Shown here: in pieces, positions 1 through 13,860 of the stretch
Layout of the letters: each line of letters begins with the position of its first letter
Position numbering within the stretch: position 1 is the stretch's first letter
Assembly: GCA_040954595.2 (NCBI GenBank)
Contig: CM082594.2
Span: 8,695,512 to 8,759,511, forward strand
DNA: 64,000 bases
Source of the DNA: Balanoglossus misakiensis
Lineage: Eukaryota > Animalia > Hemichordata
Direction of reading: 5' to 3'
The notes under the pieces: generated by a model
Told to the model about the DNA's origin: nothing
Seen by the model: only the letters and a program-made list of their open reading frames with translations
The model's database searches: none
Made by a program: the position numbers and the translations under genes

Positions 1-3000
1 GTCCTTTATAGAAAACAATATTAAAGGACTGTAGTGAGTATCTCGAAAATCAATGTCTTAGACGTAAATGTGATTTTCTATCATATGTTGATTTTAAGGG
101 GTATGATTGCTATTGTTATTTTCATACAGTTAAAACAACCGTTATTCGCTTAAAAATTCCGCTCTTCTACATTCAGACCCAAAAAGTCAGCAGAAAATAG
201 AATTGTGAGTCTGTCCCGAAATACTAGTATGATCAAAACGTAAAAGTGACAAAATCTTTACAACTGCGTCATAACATGACATATATATCGTGAACTTTCC
301 CCCCCCCCCGGGGCCAAGTGTAACAATACTTGGGCCAACTCAGTCATTGAGAAGCCGGCCGATATACTTCAGTTATTACAAGCGTTTAGAGTACTTAGCC
401 CTATGAGCAGTAACTAATCATAAGTCCCGGCTTCTTCTGCTATAGACTGATGAAAATTCATGTTTAGGGACCAAATAAATATATTTGTACAGCGACGTCG
501 AAATACATTGTCAACTTGAATGGTGATTGGCACATTGTCTATGTAATTGATGCCGCGCCAGACACACGACTATTTCGGTCTCTATTCCAGTAACCGAGTA
601 TTCAAAGTCTTTTGAAATAAAAAAAAAGTACTCGTCATAGTTAACATGTAAATGATGATATCTCAGGTGAGGATAGAGAGCACGTGCACCCCTTTAATAA
701 AATAAGAACATGGTAAGAAACAAACCTCATCCGGTTCATTTTTTATAATATTCCTGGCTAGCTAGGCTTTTCGAGATGTGGTAACGTATGTCCCCAGATT
801 GTCCGTAATCCACCGGACGTCAGTTTGCAATTATATATGAAGGCCAGTACGACGGCGAGATTTACAAAGGTCCCTCCGCGCGACATGGCACGCGACTACA
901 ATAACAGACCAACCAAATGTAATTCATTACAATGGCACGCGAGTTTCTATTGTCTCTAATTAAGCCAATCGGTCTTAACTCATACACACAACAATAGCTA
1001 TTGCTCCGTGATAATTACTCGTCAAAATGAGCAACACAAAAGACAAATCCAAGTCCTGTTCCTTATCAACACTGTGTGAACTATATTGATCTTCAATAGT
1101 CCTTGTGTTAGTTTAGACAATTACCGGCCCAGACAGTCTTTTCACAGACAATGCAACCCAGATTATGGGACACTAACAATATTACTTACAGACGGAGTGG
1201 ACAAAGACGCAGCTATTATTAGCCGACAGAAATTTCCTTGGTAAAATAAAATTTTAGTATATTTGAATTTTTGGGCGAAATAGCTGAAATTTCCGCTTCA
1301 AAATAAACCGACCCGAAAACTTAGCAAAATATACAAATATTTGTGTACATTTGTCTTACAAGTATCTTCCAAAGGTTTTTGACAACAGGTTGATAATTGG
1401 TTGTAATTACATATGAGTTTTGGGTTCAAAGGTCATTTACGTCTTGTGTGATATTAAGGGTTTGTATTACAGGGAGCTCTTCTGTATTCGAGTGACGTGG
1501 CCATACTTTTGACGAGTCGCGCAGATATTGTTTAGCTCTTTCTCAGAAGTAATTGCAGTCACACAGTGAAAATGTAGCACAGTATGTTCACTAGTGAAAT
1601 TAAGACTGGTCCACAAATTTCACTGTAACTACAAGCTGTGTATGTAACGACGTATATACACCAGAATTATTTCAAAAACTCGCCCGTGGACACGACCATC
1701 ATTACTACGTGTACAGTTTATTTTAATATATCCTGTCATTGGTATTTACATTTTGAAGAGTTGCATTCGATAACACTTGCGAGTAGGCGATTTTGAAAGT
1801 TGGTAGAAGAAGTCTCAGTCTGCCTTACATTAAAGGAGAATGCACTCTCACGTGCACGTAACGTAACCGTTTGTATAACCAACGACCCAAAAGAATAGAC
1901 AGTTAAATGTACTGCTCATTTTCCCGGAGATTTTGGATCCCAATATTTTTTCTGTAACATTTGTAAAGTATCACGTTGAAGAAAAATAATGTATTACTAA
2001 TTTAATTTATTATAATTATATAATTTATAACGATTTATTATCTGAAATAGAAATGATTACTATTGCTTACGTTTGCTTTGTAAACCGATTGTCGAGAACA
2101 ACTAAAATCTCGAGAAATTTGTCTTTTTAGAAAATCTTTGCTGTAACCCCCAAGTTTGATGTACACTATGAAATGGCGCACATATAGGGACGATAAGGCG
2201 AACACTTTTTATGGATATCCGCCGCAACATCGCATCGACTTCCATTTCGACTAATTACTTAAAATGAAGCTTTGATGGAAATGACAAGGGCAACATTTTG
2301 GATATCCGCGTCCCCTTGTGTGCATACCACCAACATCGCAATAAATTAGTAAAAATCTACCAATTTTTGTGACCTTTTTGAGTACAATTTAAAAGTGAAC
2401 AATCCAATCACAGAGATGGAAAATACCGGTCTCCTCCGGTTTCTGCGCTTATGGTTGGCCGTTGTCACGGGGGTGGGGGGGTGCGTGTCGCCCTTTAAGT
2501 GATACATGCTGCGTGTGTGTCATCGTGGTGGCCAAGTAATAGAATTCAAGCTTTGTGTGAAACTATAGAATATGTGCAGAGTTTTTCAAAAACTGTAATG
2601 TTTGTGCAGTTTAACACCGTGTGTTGTTTGTCCTGTATCACATGAAAATGTCCTCCAATAGAAACTGCCAAGCCATGCGAGATCACACAGGGTGTCGTGC
2701 GTGGAGTTCTATTGATTGGCTGTATTTAAGTAACCCACGGTGTCTGTCTCCCCTCGATCCCGTGTGTCTTCCAAAATGGTCGAAGGCTTTGGGACACAAA
2801 AACGTTTAAAGAGTACTCACAAATTAGCGCGGCGTCTTCAGGCAGCCTTTAAACCACATTGGAGGGATGTCTAGTAATTTCAGAATGACAGAAAGTTTTA
2901 TCTTGTCTTTTCGTCGATTTTACTGAATGCTGTACGTAAAATCGTGTTGTTAGCTCGCTGAAATGCGACTTGTTAACGCCTTCGAGAAAAAGAGACCATC

Positions 3001-3448
3001 TCCTTACGTTTTTCAAAAGGAGTTTACATTAATTTATCGACTATAATACGTTGTCACTGATTGTTGTTAGTAGTATGAATGGATCCATTTGCTAGCACGT
3101 TCGGGGTCAAAACGTTATTGTTACGAATTTTTAAAAGCCTTTTGTCTAAATATTTACGAGAATCTCCCCTGTTAATTTTCCATATAAAAAAACTCCAAAA
3201 TTTTATTTTACCATATGTATTATTTTAAAATGTGTATTTATTTGCATTTGTCCAGTACTGTCGCACCAAAGATAAAAACTCCAAAATATTGCAAAAGTAT
3301 CATGGCGACTGTGATGTCCTTTGAGTGCTTGGGAAGCCGCGTGACCCACAAGGACATTTGAGTAAGAGCTGAGTTCACGCTTTCGGAACACACGACCCAC
3401 TCAAATCCTGTCAAATCACATCACCGCAAACCAACTCATCCTGATTCC

Positions 3449-3614
3449 TAATTGATTAACAGATTTTAGCGAATGTGGTGAAGGGTTGTCATTTAAGCGC
3501 GTCGTGATAGCATCTGATTGGTTGACAGCGTTACTATGGGCGTTACTATGGACAGAAAAGTGGGAGGGCCTACACAGAAATAAACTTCCTTCGCTGAAAA
3601 ATTCACAATATAAA
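3449..3614 (+). promoter_or_regulatory. Putative glass core promoter: TAATTGATTA homeodomain-type dyad, reverse CCAAT box, duplicated GCGTTACTATGG, TATAAA
   Basis: TAATTGATTA 3449-3458; CTGATTGG about 3514-3521; tandem GCGTTACTATGG x2 at 3528-3551; TATAAA 3609-3614, about 113 nt upstream of the ATG. Motif-level evidence only. Confidence 0.45.
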
Positions 3615-3726
3615 CGTTATCAGACAGTGGCTTTCACCACTGTATCCAACGTTCACGATTCAAGAAGGCTGGTATCCTACACAGTTCTCTGTTCTGACAA
3701 GCGCTGATCGGCTACAAACTTCTACC

Positions 3727-6700
3727 ATGGACTACTACGGACGGGCAGCCAATTTGATGCAACCGCAAAGCGTGGCCGTGCCCACGGCAAGTTATCCGCC
3801 GGCCCAGGCGATGTACGCACACGCTCCTTCGCTGTCGTCTCTACCGGAGATGTACTCTTTGGCGAATCACCGTCGCCCTTTCTTGGACATAGCCACGACC
3901 AATCCGTACGTGGAGCGCTACCACGCCGAAGCCAGGGACGTTCCAACATGGTAAATCCATTAACATTATTTTCCAAACCACCCTGTCTTAAAATTATGTC
4001 CTCTGTCATTTGATTGAAAAAAGGGAAACAAAAAGTGAAATTTTGACCGGCAGCTTTTGACTTACTTATTTCATGATCGAGAAAATTTGTAAGTTTCATA
4101 ATGTATACTCAGCAATGTATTCCCTTGCTTTGCTTAGACAAAAAAATTCATATTTGACTTTTATCAACTTGGTGTTCGCAAGAATTAATTCAAAACCAGA
4201 GAGGGTTCTTGATTCTAGAATTTTGGATAAGCGCCTTTAAGCGGGAAATTAAGTACAAAACACCGGTAGGAAAAAAAAACAAGATTTTCAGTCACTTCAC
4301 GATTGGGGAACCTTGCCATGGATTGGCAATGTGTTCCGTGATAAATCCCATTTGATAATGCCGAATCGTCTATTGGTTATAAATTAAAGTCGTAACCGCT
4401 CTTGCGATATAATCTTGCCAAGAAACGATTGTTTTCCCAAAAAAGGGTACAGTGATTATTATTTTCTTCTCGGACACCTTTACGCGCACAGAGATACAAA
4501 AGAGATTATTTATCGTCAAATTGTCTTGATCTTGCTTCGAAGTGAAAAAAAATGAAGTTGTGTATCCAATTCGTGTAAAAAAAAATCATTCACAGGATTG
4601 TATAGTTGATATATTTTACTTTTATGGTCTTGACAGGAGGAACACCTCGGATATTTTCAGCCTGAGTGGATCGTCACCGACTTTTTCGAGCCACGAGACG
4701 GCCGTCAATAGTCTGCTCACCTTACAAAACGTCGTGTTTCGTCCAAGCTCTAACAAAAGCGGCAGCATATCTGGTTCCTCGGCCGATTCCACTAACTTTG
4801 ATTTGAGTTTGCATAAAAGCGGCGACGAAGCTAAATCCGGCGATGATAAGGTATGTTTTCTATTCCGAAGTTCACTTATTTCTAACTGTGCACTAGTGGC
4901 TCTTCGCTGTACCACTACTTGTCCTACGAGTTCACGATCACCGTGACATCGAATGGCAGCGAGCGTCAAATTCATAAGACGCCTGTCCAAGACAAGTGAC
5001 GCCCGGCGCGGCCAAGACAAAGGGCGCCCAGTCATTTCAACTGACTCTGGTTAGTATTCCTTCAGAGTGCTTATGTTTTCTGTCTTGTCATTTCCCCCCG
5101 ACAGACCTACAGCGGTAGTTCCTCGCCGAGCAATACCGACCACAGCGTACAAGTGCAGTTACCGACGGGATATCCCTCGCTCAACCCTGCTTCATCGTGG
5201 GACTGCCTGGGCACCCCGGCCAATCGAGCGCCGTTTCCCACCAGCACCGGCGGCTACGTGCAGATAGACCAATCCATGTACCCAACGTGTGCACCCGTAC
5301 GCGACAACCCATACGGAATGAAAGCTTCGCATGCGATGCCGTACTCTGAGTAAGTCCCTTTGATTTCACTTCGTAAAAGAAGCTTATTTCTTTCACGCAG
5401 ATTGTTTGAACCTGTCACCCGAGCCTTTCAATATCCTTTGTGGTACTAATCGCAAATATTTTAACTTTCTGAAAATGTATATATTTGAGATGTATATGCG
5501 TACATGTCCAAAGTTCTAATTTGATGTGTGTCGTTCAGTGTTGTTTAAGAGATTTTCTTTTTGTATATTTATTTCCATCAAGAGAAAGATACAGCGTTGG
5601 TTATACTTTTGCACCTTTCTTGGGTTTCTTTTCCCCTTTTATCGACGATTCTATCCGAGGATAGAATGTTTCTTCCGCGCCAGTCATATAAGCAGCCCGA
5701 TCTCAGTCACTGGATTTTCAAACCAACAGCAAAATCTGAGTCCGGCACAGAAATAAAACGTGTAAAAAGGGGGGCTCACGGTATATTTCCTTGAAGAAAT
5801 ACAATCACTTATAATTTACATGTGTTGTACTTTTATGGCCTGTATAATTTAGAGAAACGTGACAGCACGGTCTTCTAATGACCGTGTAGTGGTACGTTTT
5901 TCGCGTTGCCACCTAGTGAAATCTGTACTTGGTCGGATTTCCACTTTCCATTGTAACTGTGGTTAAATTCGCATTCTAGACCGTGTACCTTTAATTGATT
6001 AAGGGCGGTTTAGTAAAAAATGTGTGTTTCCATTGTCCTTGCCAACTTCCTTTCGCGCTTTCATGAAGCTCACGTGGCTTGTTCACGGACAGAAAGAGGC
6101 AGGGAAACGCGCGCGCGTGTTGACAACAGGCGACGGTGCATTTGCATATCCGAAGGGGGGGGGGGGGTATTGCGAATCGTGCACGCGCGAATGACGTTCG
6201 GTTCGTGGCGTCAACTGAGTTCCCGAGACGTGCTTTTGCACCAGACTTCCAATATAAACCAACTGTCCTCAATTTTTGTGAAAGCCGGTGGTCACTGCTA
6301 ATATACTCCTACAAAGCAGGCATTCTTGTATCAGCGATGGCTTAATCACCGCCATTCAGTGTTTCAACTGCATCGATGGATTCCGAATGAAAACATGGGA
6401 TTATTTGTGGCCGGGTGGAAAAGACGTCACTAGTTTTTACACTGTAGGCACTTTTCACGGGATTGAACGAGTGAGTGTGCCGGTTTTTCACGCATGTTGT
6501 GACAAGCATCAGCATTTCTGTTGGTCCTGTGACAAAGGTAACATCTACGTCATCCTGTCCACCTCAGATGGTGTTAACCTATACGCTTGGTGTTTGGGTA
6601 TTTTGTCTACATGACGGTATTTCGCAAATTTGGCTGTGGTTTATTCTTTTTTATTTCAAGTTGTCTTGGCAAGCAAGTGTTAAACAGTGCTTGGACCTCA

Positions 6701-8031
6701 ATTTGCATTTCAGTAATCACGATTGACATCGACTTTCACAAAGATTACACGACTTGTTGGCAGACAGAGAACCCCCTCGGAGTGGCGCGAAGATCCGGCT
6801 TCGGACGACGCAGTCAGCACTCTTGATATTATAAACTTTACGAGGTTTGCATGCATGCATGGAGACAAGACTAATTCAAAGTCGTTGGTGGAATACCGTT
6901 TCTGTGTTCATAAAGTAAAATCATGTTAACAAGTTTATTTGCAGTATAAAAATGACTACAATTACGCTTTGAAACTTTAAATACCAGTCATGAGGTTCAG
7001 TCAACGGATATATCATCAACAGTCGATTGAGACAGCTCACTCTTCTTAAGATGACTAGTTTACAGAGGATATCACTCACCGATTAACATGCGAATATTAA
7101 TAATTCACAAAATGCAACAACTGGCACTGTGATGAACACTGTCATACGAAATACCAATATTTTGCGCGCGTTATGTTCAACGTCGCGCATGGGGAATTTG
7201 ATTCACATTTTTGCATTTATCCATGTATTGTAGATTTAGTGGTCCATTTAGCAGGTTTACCACCGGCGGAGATGGGACGGAAACCTCCGCCAGGGAAATG
7301 ATCAGACGCCAATTTCCACCTGCCGGTCCGGGGCTAGTGCAAGTGCGCCACAATAAAAACCGCGGTGTCAACCGCTGTAACATTTGCAACAAGACCTACG
7401 CTAGACCGAGTACTCTGCGCATCCATCTGCGCACTCACTCCGACGAGCAGCCGTACCGTTGCCAGACGTGTGCCAAGACGTTTAGCCAAGCCGCTAATCT
7501 GACCGCTCACATGCGCACGCACAGCGGAGAAAAACCCTTTAAATGCTCTATTTGTGACCGTCGTTTCTCTCAGGTAAGCGGAAGTCGTCGTCTCAAAAGG
7601 GTAAATCATTTTTCGGAGCTTGTGGTAGCAAGAGGTTGTTGAAGTAATGGTGGTGATGTGTGTGTGTGTGCACAAAGTTAATGAATAATAATTATTCTCA
7701 TTATAATATATCGACCTGAGTAGCTGTGTTGAATTTCTGCCTCCTTCCCATATCTGACATAAGGATACAAACGTTTAACAGTATTTTTACCGACTCCATC
7801 ATTGTCATTGTATATTTCTAGAGTTCATCGGTAACCACCCATATGCGGACGCATACTGGCGCTCGCCCCTACAAGTGCAACTTCTGCGAGAAAGCCTTCG
7901 CCGACAGCTCCACCTTGACGAAGCACAGGCGTGTGCATACTGGCGAAAAACCCTACCGTTGCAAGCTCTGCTACCAAGGGTTCTCCCAGTCTGGCAACCT
8001 GAACCGCCACATGAAGGTACACGACAACTAA
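3727..8031 (+). CDS. glass: Glass-family C2H2 zinc-finger transcription factor (5 fingers), 5 coding exons, about 410 aa
   Basis: Exons 3727-3950, 4637-4850, 5105-5349, 7234-7573, 7822-8031, all GT-AG and phase-consistent (total 1233 nt). The finger array [21 protein letters not shown]...[10 protein letters not shown]...[18 protein letters not shown]...[10 protein letters not shown]...[14 protein letters not shown] reproduces the diagnostic recognition helices of Drosophila Glass. Extra small exons in the 5350-7233 intron cannot be excluded. Confidence 0.93.
7234..7573 (+). CDS. glass: glass exon 4: zinc fingers 1-2 and first half of finger 3
   Basis: Acceptor ttgtag at 7228-7233, donor cag|gtaagc at 7573/7574; translation matches ORF 7211-7642. 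Confidence 0.93.
7822..8031 (+). CDS. glass: glass exon 5: end of finger 3, fingers 4-5, stop
   Basis: Acceptor ttctag ending 7821; [19 protein letters not shown]...HMKVHDN then TAA. Confidence 0.93.
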   Translation, partial: SSSVTTHMRTHTGARPYKCNFCEKAFADSSTLTKHRRVHTGEKPYRCKLCYQGFSQSGNLNRHMKVHDN

Positions 8032-11000
8032 GCGGACCCGGCAGCGAGGTGACAGTTGTGTTTTCAGAATCATTTCAGAATCATTCGTCGGCTTTCAATG
8101 ATTATAACAACAATTTAGCACCTGGTGACAAGGTATTACCCAAATTCCATTGGATTTCATAACACTATCAACGGCATTTCATAGCTCGCTCTAGCAGGTG
8201 TACAACTTGTCACAGCTTTTGATATAACAATGTATGTACTGTATCAAAAGCTATTGTGACAAAGTATATGAAACTGGTGGGATCAATCAAATGTGGATAT
8301 TGAAGAATTCAAAAGAATTATTGTAATTCCAAAGACATGTATAATTCAATCCCCACAGTTGATGTTTTCAACAGTTGACTCAACAATCCCACGAGAAGTG
8401 TTAAGCGAGACTGTCATTGCTGATGAGGCAGACCTTGTCTCACAGTAAGGACAGTCATACATTGTCATCAAGCTCAACTCGGAATCTCTTATTGACATCA
8501 ATGCTACTATTGCGAATACACCGAAGTGGAAGTTATTAGGCGTATGCTGAACTTCCTAATTAACAACATGCTTACTAAATTTACTGAAATGATGATATTC
8601 AGGCTATCTATAGCATTCTTATGAATACATGTATAAACCGCACCACTTTTTGCAGACTTAATTTCGTATACGTATGAAGCTGAATAGACCATTTTCCGAA
8701 CTCCACGAGACCCTGCGTGATCTCGCGAGACTAGGCAGTTTATATGTGAGGGCAATGTCATGTGACACAGGACAAACAACACAGGACCCATCTAGTTAAA
8801 CGGCAAAACAATTGTTGGTAAACTCTGCACCTATTCTAGTTTCATACAAAGCTTGACTTAAGCAAGTCTCGCGAGATCTCGCATTGAGTGGAACATAACA
8901 GTGAAATTTCTCTACAAATCCGGATATAAAACTGGGCATTTGACAATGCTTCAGAGATTCAAACTCGAAATTGCAGTTAATACCTCAACGAAAAATACGC
9001 ATAGCATAGGCAAACCGGAGATTTAATTGGACCCATATTGATAATCTTATACGTTTGAACAATCCTACTATATCTAATTACTACAGCTATCATATGACAT
9101 GAAAACTAAAAAAAAAAAAAACAACAACAACAGGAAGTGTGGGCATAACATCATACCTTGATCACGTTTTTGAAATGAGATTGAATACGTTTTATTTTAA
9201 GCTGTATGACAAAGGAGTGATTTCAATTTTGAAATCACAAACTTCCCCTACTCGTGCAGCCTCTGAGATATTGTAATATTGCGACTCAAATTAAGACTTT
9301 CGAACTTAATACCTTTAAATCTAATCAGACAGGCTTTCTCAGGAAGTAGATTAGATCATTTTAAAAGTTTTATGGGAGACATAGAGATGTTGTATCCAAT
9401 ATGATTAAGCTGTTACTTAAATGATGAGTGACAGCTTTCGTGGCTTTTGTGTCACAACAGTAATTTGGTGGCTTTCGTCAAATTACATTTAATTTTGTCA
9501 CTTTTTGGTTAACCCTGGCAGGTGTGGCGTGATAGCAGGGTAAGCTCACCCATTCAGGCCTCGCAGAACCACCACTTACCAGTGGTACAACATGGCACTG
9601 TAGCGATTGTTATTTTTCCTGGTACTTTGCTTACCCTGAATGATAGTGAATGTTTGACCTTATATGGCGTCATGTTGCACAATAAGTAGAGATTGACACC
9701 GCATTTTATTCAGGGACACCTTGCCATCTTTGTGGCTTTTAAATCTCTATACAGAGTAGCATTATAACACTCTCACTCACATCCTTACAACAAGGGTTGG
9801 ACACTACATCCATCCTTTTCTTTGAGTGAAAACAAAAACATATATAGCAAATCAGTTTTATTATTTGTTGGTATTCACGTTAGATGTGTTCCTTTAGAAT
9901 GCACTGATAGTGGTATTTTCATTTGTTCTGTTGAGTTCGTGAACTAATTATGTTTTAGCAAAACTCCAGTTTAACATTTTGAAACTTTAAAAACAAAACA
10001 AAAAAATAACATGTATCTCCAATAAATTTCTGAGTAGGAGGGCTGAAGTCAAACCAGACCAAAGGTGGACTATGTTTATCCTGAGCATATCTCTGGGGAT
10101 TGTCCTCTACACAAAAATCTGGTGGTTTGGACTTTGCTTTATTTTCCGTCTCCACTGTTCAATGTTTTACTTTTTTTTAGATAATTCTCTTTCTTTTCGT
10201 GACTCTGCGGGTAGTGCTTCTATATGCTTGGAGGGTTTGCCGTCTGAATGCCTGGCTCTGTTTGCAACCACAGTTGTACTGGTTCTTGGAGGTCACTCAG
10301 TTCGCTTGTGTCTGGCTTTGTGATCTTCCCCCTGCTTGCTTTCCCTACCTGGCTTTCCTATGCTGTTACCACGTGGCAGCACCCTGCTCGATATGGTCTC
10401 ATATCAGATAATGCAGACAGCTCCCCCTTCTTCTGTTTTTAAGTACCATGTCCACTCCTATTTACATTTTGACTTAATACGGACTTGCTTGCTTTATTGT
10501 ATTCAATTCGCCAGGAGTAGGTAGCAGTTTCTTAGACCCATGTTGGTCAATGCTAGTATTTGTTTTCTCATATAAGGGTTGATTGTTAAGTTTCTTTAAT
10601 GTACTTTGGTCTACCAGGTTGACACTTAATCTGTCAGCCACCCCATGAAGAACTGGATTTTAACATCCTGTCTTAGACGCTAACAGCCAGTGCTGGACAC
10701 TATGCTGGACCACTTTTTAATTTTTTTAAAGAAACTTAAGAAATCGCATTTACAGCCATTGTTAGTAGTATATATAACCGAAGACCACGATTAGGGCCTA
10801 CCCAAAGTTATGCCAAGGGGAGGGCATGAATGTTTAGATTGCCTTACAAGATGTTGCCTTGGCACACTGCCCGCATGTGTGCTATTAATATGATCACCCA
10901 TTGCCATTAACGTCGCTGCGCAGTACTACGTACATTAATTAATTTTATGCACGGATTAAGCTATCTCCTTTTCACCTAACACCATGGAAGCACTTATGAA

Positions 11001-12142
11001 TGTTAAGTTGTGCACATCTTTTATGTTAATTACATATAGACCTTCTCAAAGTATTACACTACGTTTAAAACTGTGCAATTCTCATACCTCGCCATTTACA
11101 ATTCTGTCCCACTCAATGAAAGGGATTGTTCTACAATGAAGAATATGTTCATATAGAAAGTTATTTCCCTATTGTAATATCTAGCATCATCTCGAGCTAG
11201 ACTATCATCTTTCAGAAATTCAATTTTATTTGTAATCTACTTAACTGACAAGTCATTTTTGGTTGACCATGATTGTCAGAAATTAGTTAATTTGATCCAG
11301 TAGCCATAGTGATGTCCCATACCACGTGACTTTCCAGAACACTTTTGTATAACGGATACGTACGAAAACAAACAATGCACCGGACGATCAACATTTTATT
11401 TGAGGTTGACGAACAGTGAAGACTTCCTCACTGTTCCCATCATCCTGTCTGTATATTATTTTAGAAGCGAATGTCTGAAAAGGCTGATTTCGGATTGCTT
11501 TCAGTTTAATTGTTAATATTTCAAATTGTTGTCATTTTACTGAATACTGTACTTGTAAATGTTCTTGTTTAAGTTTCAGCCGTTCTCAAAATAAAAGGTA
11601 TTACCATAACAATTTCTACTAGTATACTTTACACCAAGGCCAATAGTTAATAGATATGATAGTTGGATACCTAAAATTCAATGTAGAGTAATTAACGTTC
11701 TGTCTTTTTAACATTTAAAAGGATTATATTAACACTAACTGGAGTAGAATTACAGATCGGATAGGGATACCCCTCAAACTTAATAACAATAAGCTCCAGT
11801 TTATGTTTTGCTACAGTTTACACTGCCTTTTTAATCACGTGGCATGATACAGTCAAATCAAACACTTAATCAAAAGTATCTAGCATAATATCCATTAATT
11901 CTCTCGAATGCATCCTACATGAAGTGTTTTCCAGGTTGTTCTTGACTCTGGCCATGAGTAGTTACTAGTACATGGGAAGGCGAAGATGGCATTTGTCAGG
12001 GATCTGCTTCTTGGTTTGCTGTACTGAAGAGGAGCCACTACCCCAGAACCAGCATTTGTTACACAAGGATTATATGGTGAAGATGTAGGACAATTATGAG
12101 TATCCATCTGTCTGTTGTCTATCTATTAATCTGACTATCTTT

Positions 12143-12366
<224 letters not shown>

Positions 12367-12459
12367 TCTCTATCCATCTATTCTCTATCTATCTATTCTC
12401 TATCTAACAGGCATCGCCCGGCACGCCCCTATAGTCTCCATTTAACTTATTTCTGCCTC

Positions 12460-13860
12460 ACTTCTAAAAGATTTAGATAGGATGTGCGCAAAGGTTTATG
12501 GTGGTAATAATTCTTTTGATGACCTGCAGAATTAGCAACTCGATTTGCTGTGGGTTTTTAAAGATGCCATTGATAAGGCAAAAGATGATTGCATTTGCAT
12601 TTTACAAATCAAATGTGCGTAGATGTAATAATAACAAACTACCACTTCTGGTCATCCGCGTGTGACTCACGCCACAACATACTAACAGCACATGCGCACA
12701 AACGATACAGGCTGAGACAACTGGAGCTGTGAATGATCCACGTGACTTTGATTTTGGAATTTAGTTGGAGCAGCACTTCAGGCACCCAAGTCATTCACTC
12801 TCAATAATTTCTTCTAGATGGTATTCCTGGTGAAGAAATGAAGACCGCATAGTGTCCATCAACTCAAGAACAATTGAAACAACCAAGGGCCTCAACGTAC
12901 ATGCAGCTGTAAACCCATCGCGACATGTTTGCCTATAATTCTTCTTTTGATATGCAGGCTTTGGGACTGGCGCCACCTATCAGTGTGTATGCATGGCTTT
13001 AATGGAGGACGATTACATCATGCAAACACCGTTACTACATTAGAAGTCTGTATCAAGACCCCTGAGAGGTGAAAAAGATGACACCAGAAGTCATTTTGAA
13101 GACCAGCTTTATCGCATTCTTGGCAACAAATTGATCCAGCTACCTCAATGCTGCCCACCAGGATCGATGACGATGCAGTAAGTGACCATTTCGCGTGTGA
13201 ACATGTGATCAAACATGACCAGATGGATTGGATAACTTGCTCCGTGGTGACACCTACCCGCGCATGCGCAAGTAATTGAGAAGGGATCTGGCAGGCATTT
13301 GTGTCCAACAACGGAAGTTCCTGACAAGGACCCGGTCAAATTCATGGCAAGTTCTCCGAGGTACTTGACAAGTCCTATGAAATCTGGAAAAGGCATTTTC
13401 CTCAGGTGTCCACCAGCCGTTAAGATACGATCAGGATAACCTCACCGTGTTCTGAGGTAGTATTTCTTGGTTCTTTCATCTGTAGGATCAACTCAAATCT
13501 GAAACCTGATGAGAAATCAGTGGTGGTCTCAGGCTGCTATTCATATGCAAAACCGTGCCCCGATTAATTGTGGAGGCATTATGTCCAACGCACAGGTGGA
13601 TTTGCAGGTGTTCTGTATAATTATAACCTTTGACTTTGTATCCTGTGTCCAGTTTGGAAGATTTTCTTTGTTGAAAACACAATTGGTTTTGCTGATTTGA
13701 TCCTGCTCTTTGCAGGCTTTGGACAGTCTGGGCAGCTCTGCCTCGATCATATTTATTTCCAAAGATTAGATTCCTGTTGCAGGCATTCGTGTGTGGCGAT
13801 GATCGATGTCCTTGAGTATTCCAGTTTTAGCCATTTATATCCATGTTCTGTGTCTACAAC
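12460..13860 (-). pseudogene. Degenerate coding relic, probably transposon-derived (family unidentified)
   Basis: Cluster of stop-broken, Cys/His-containing minus-strand ORF fragments (12791-12976, 13145-13396, 13541-13762) without a coherent splice pattern. Confidence 0.25.

Noticed and set aside
349-435. GAAGCC (Glass/CHE-1-type) motifs forming a 9-bp inverted pair upstream of glass
   Set aside because: 6-mers are expected by chance at this density; autoregulation cannot be supported
5640-6850. Possible extra glass exons (about 5660-5780, about 6714-6830)
   Set aside because: Exon 3 (phase 2) already joins exon 4 in frame; weak splice signals and no homology support
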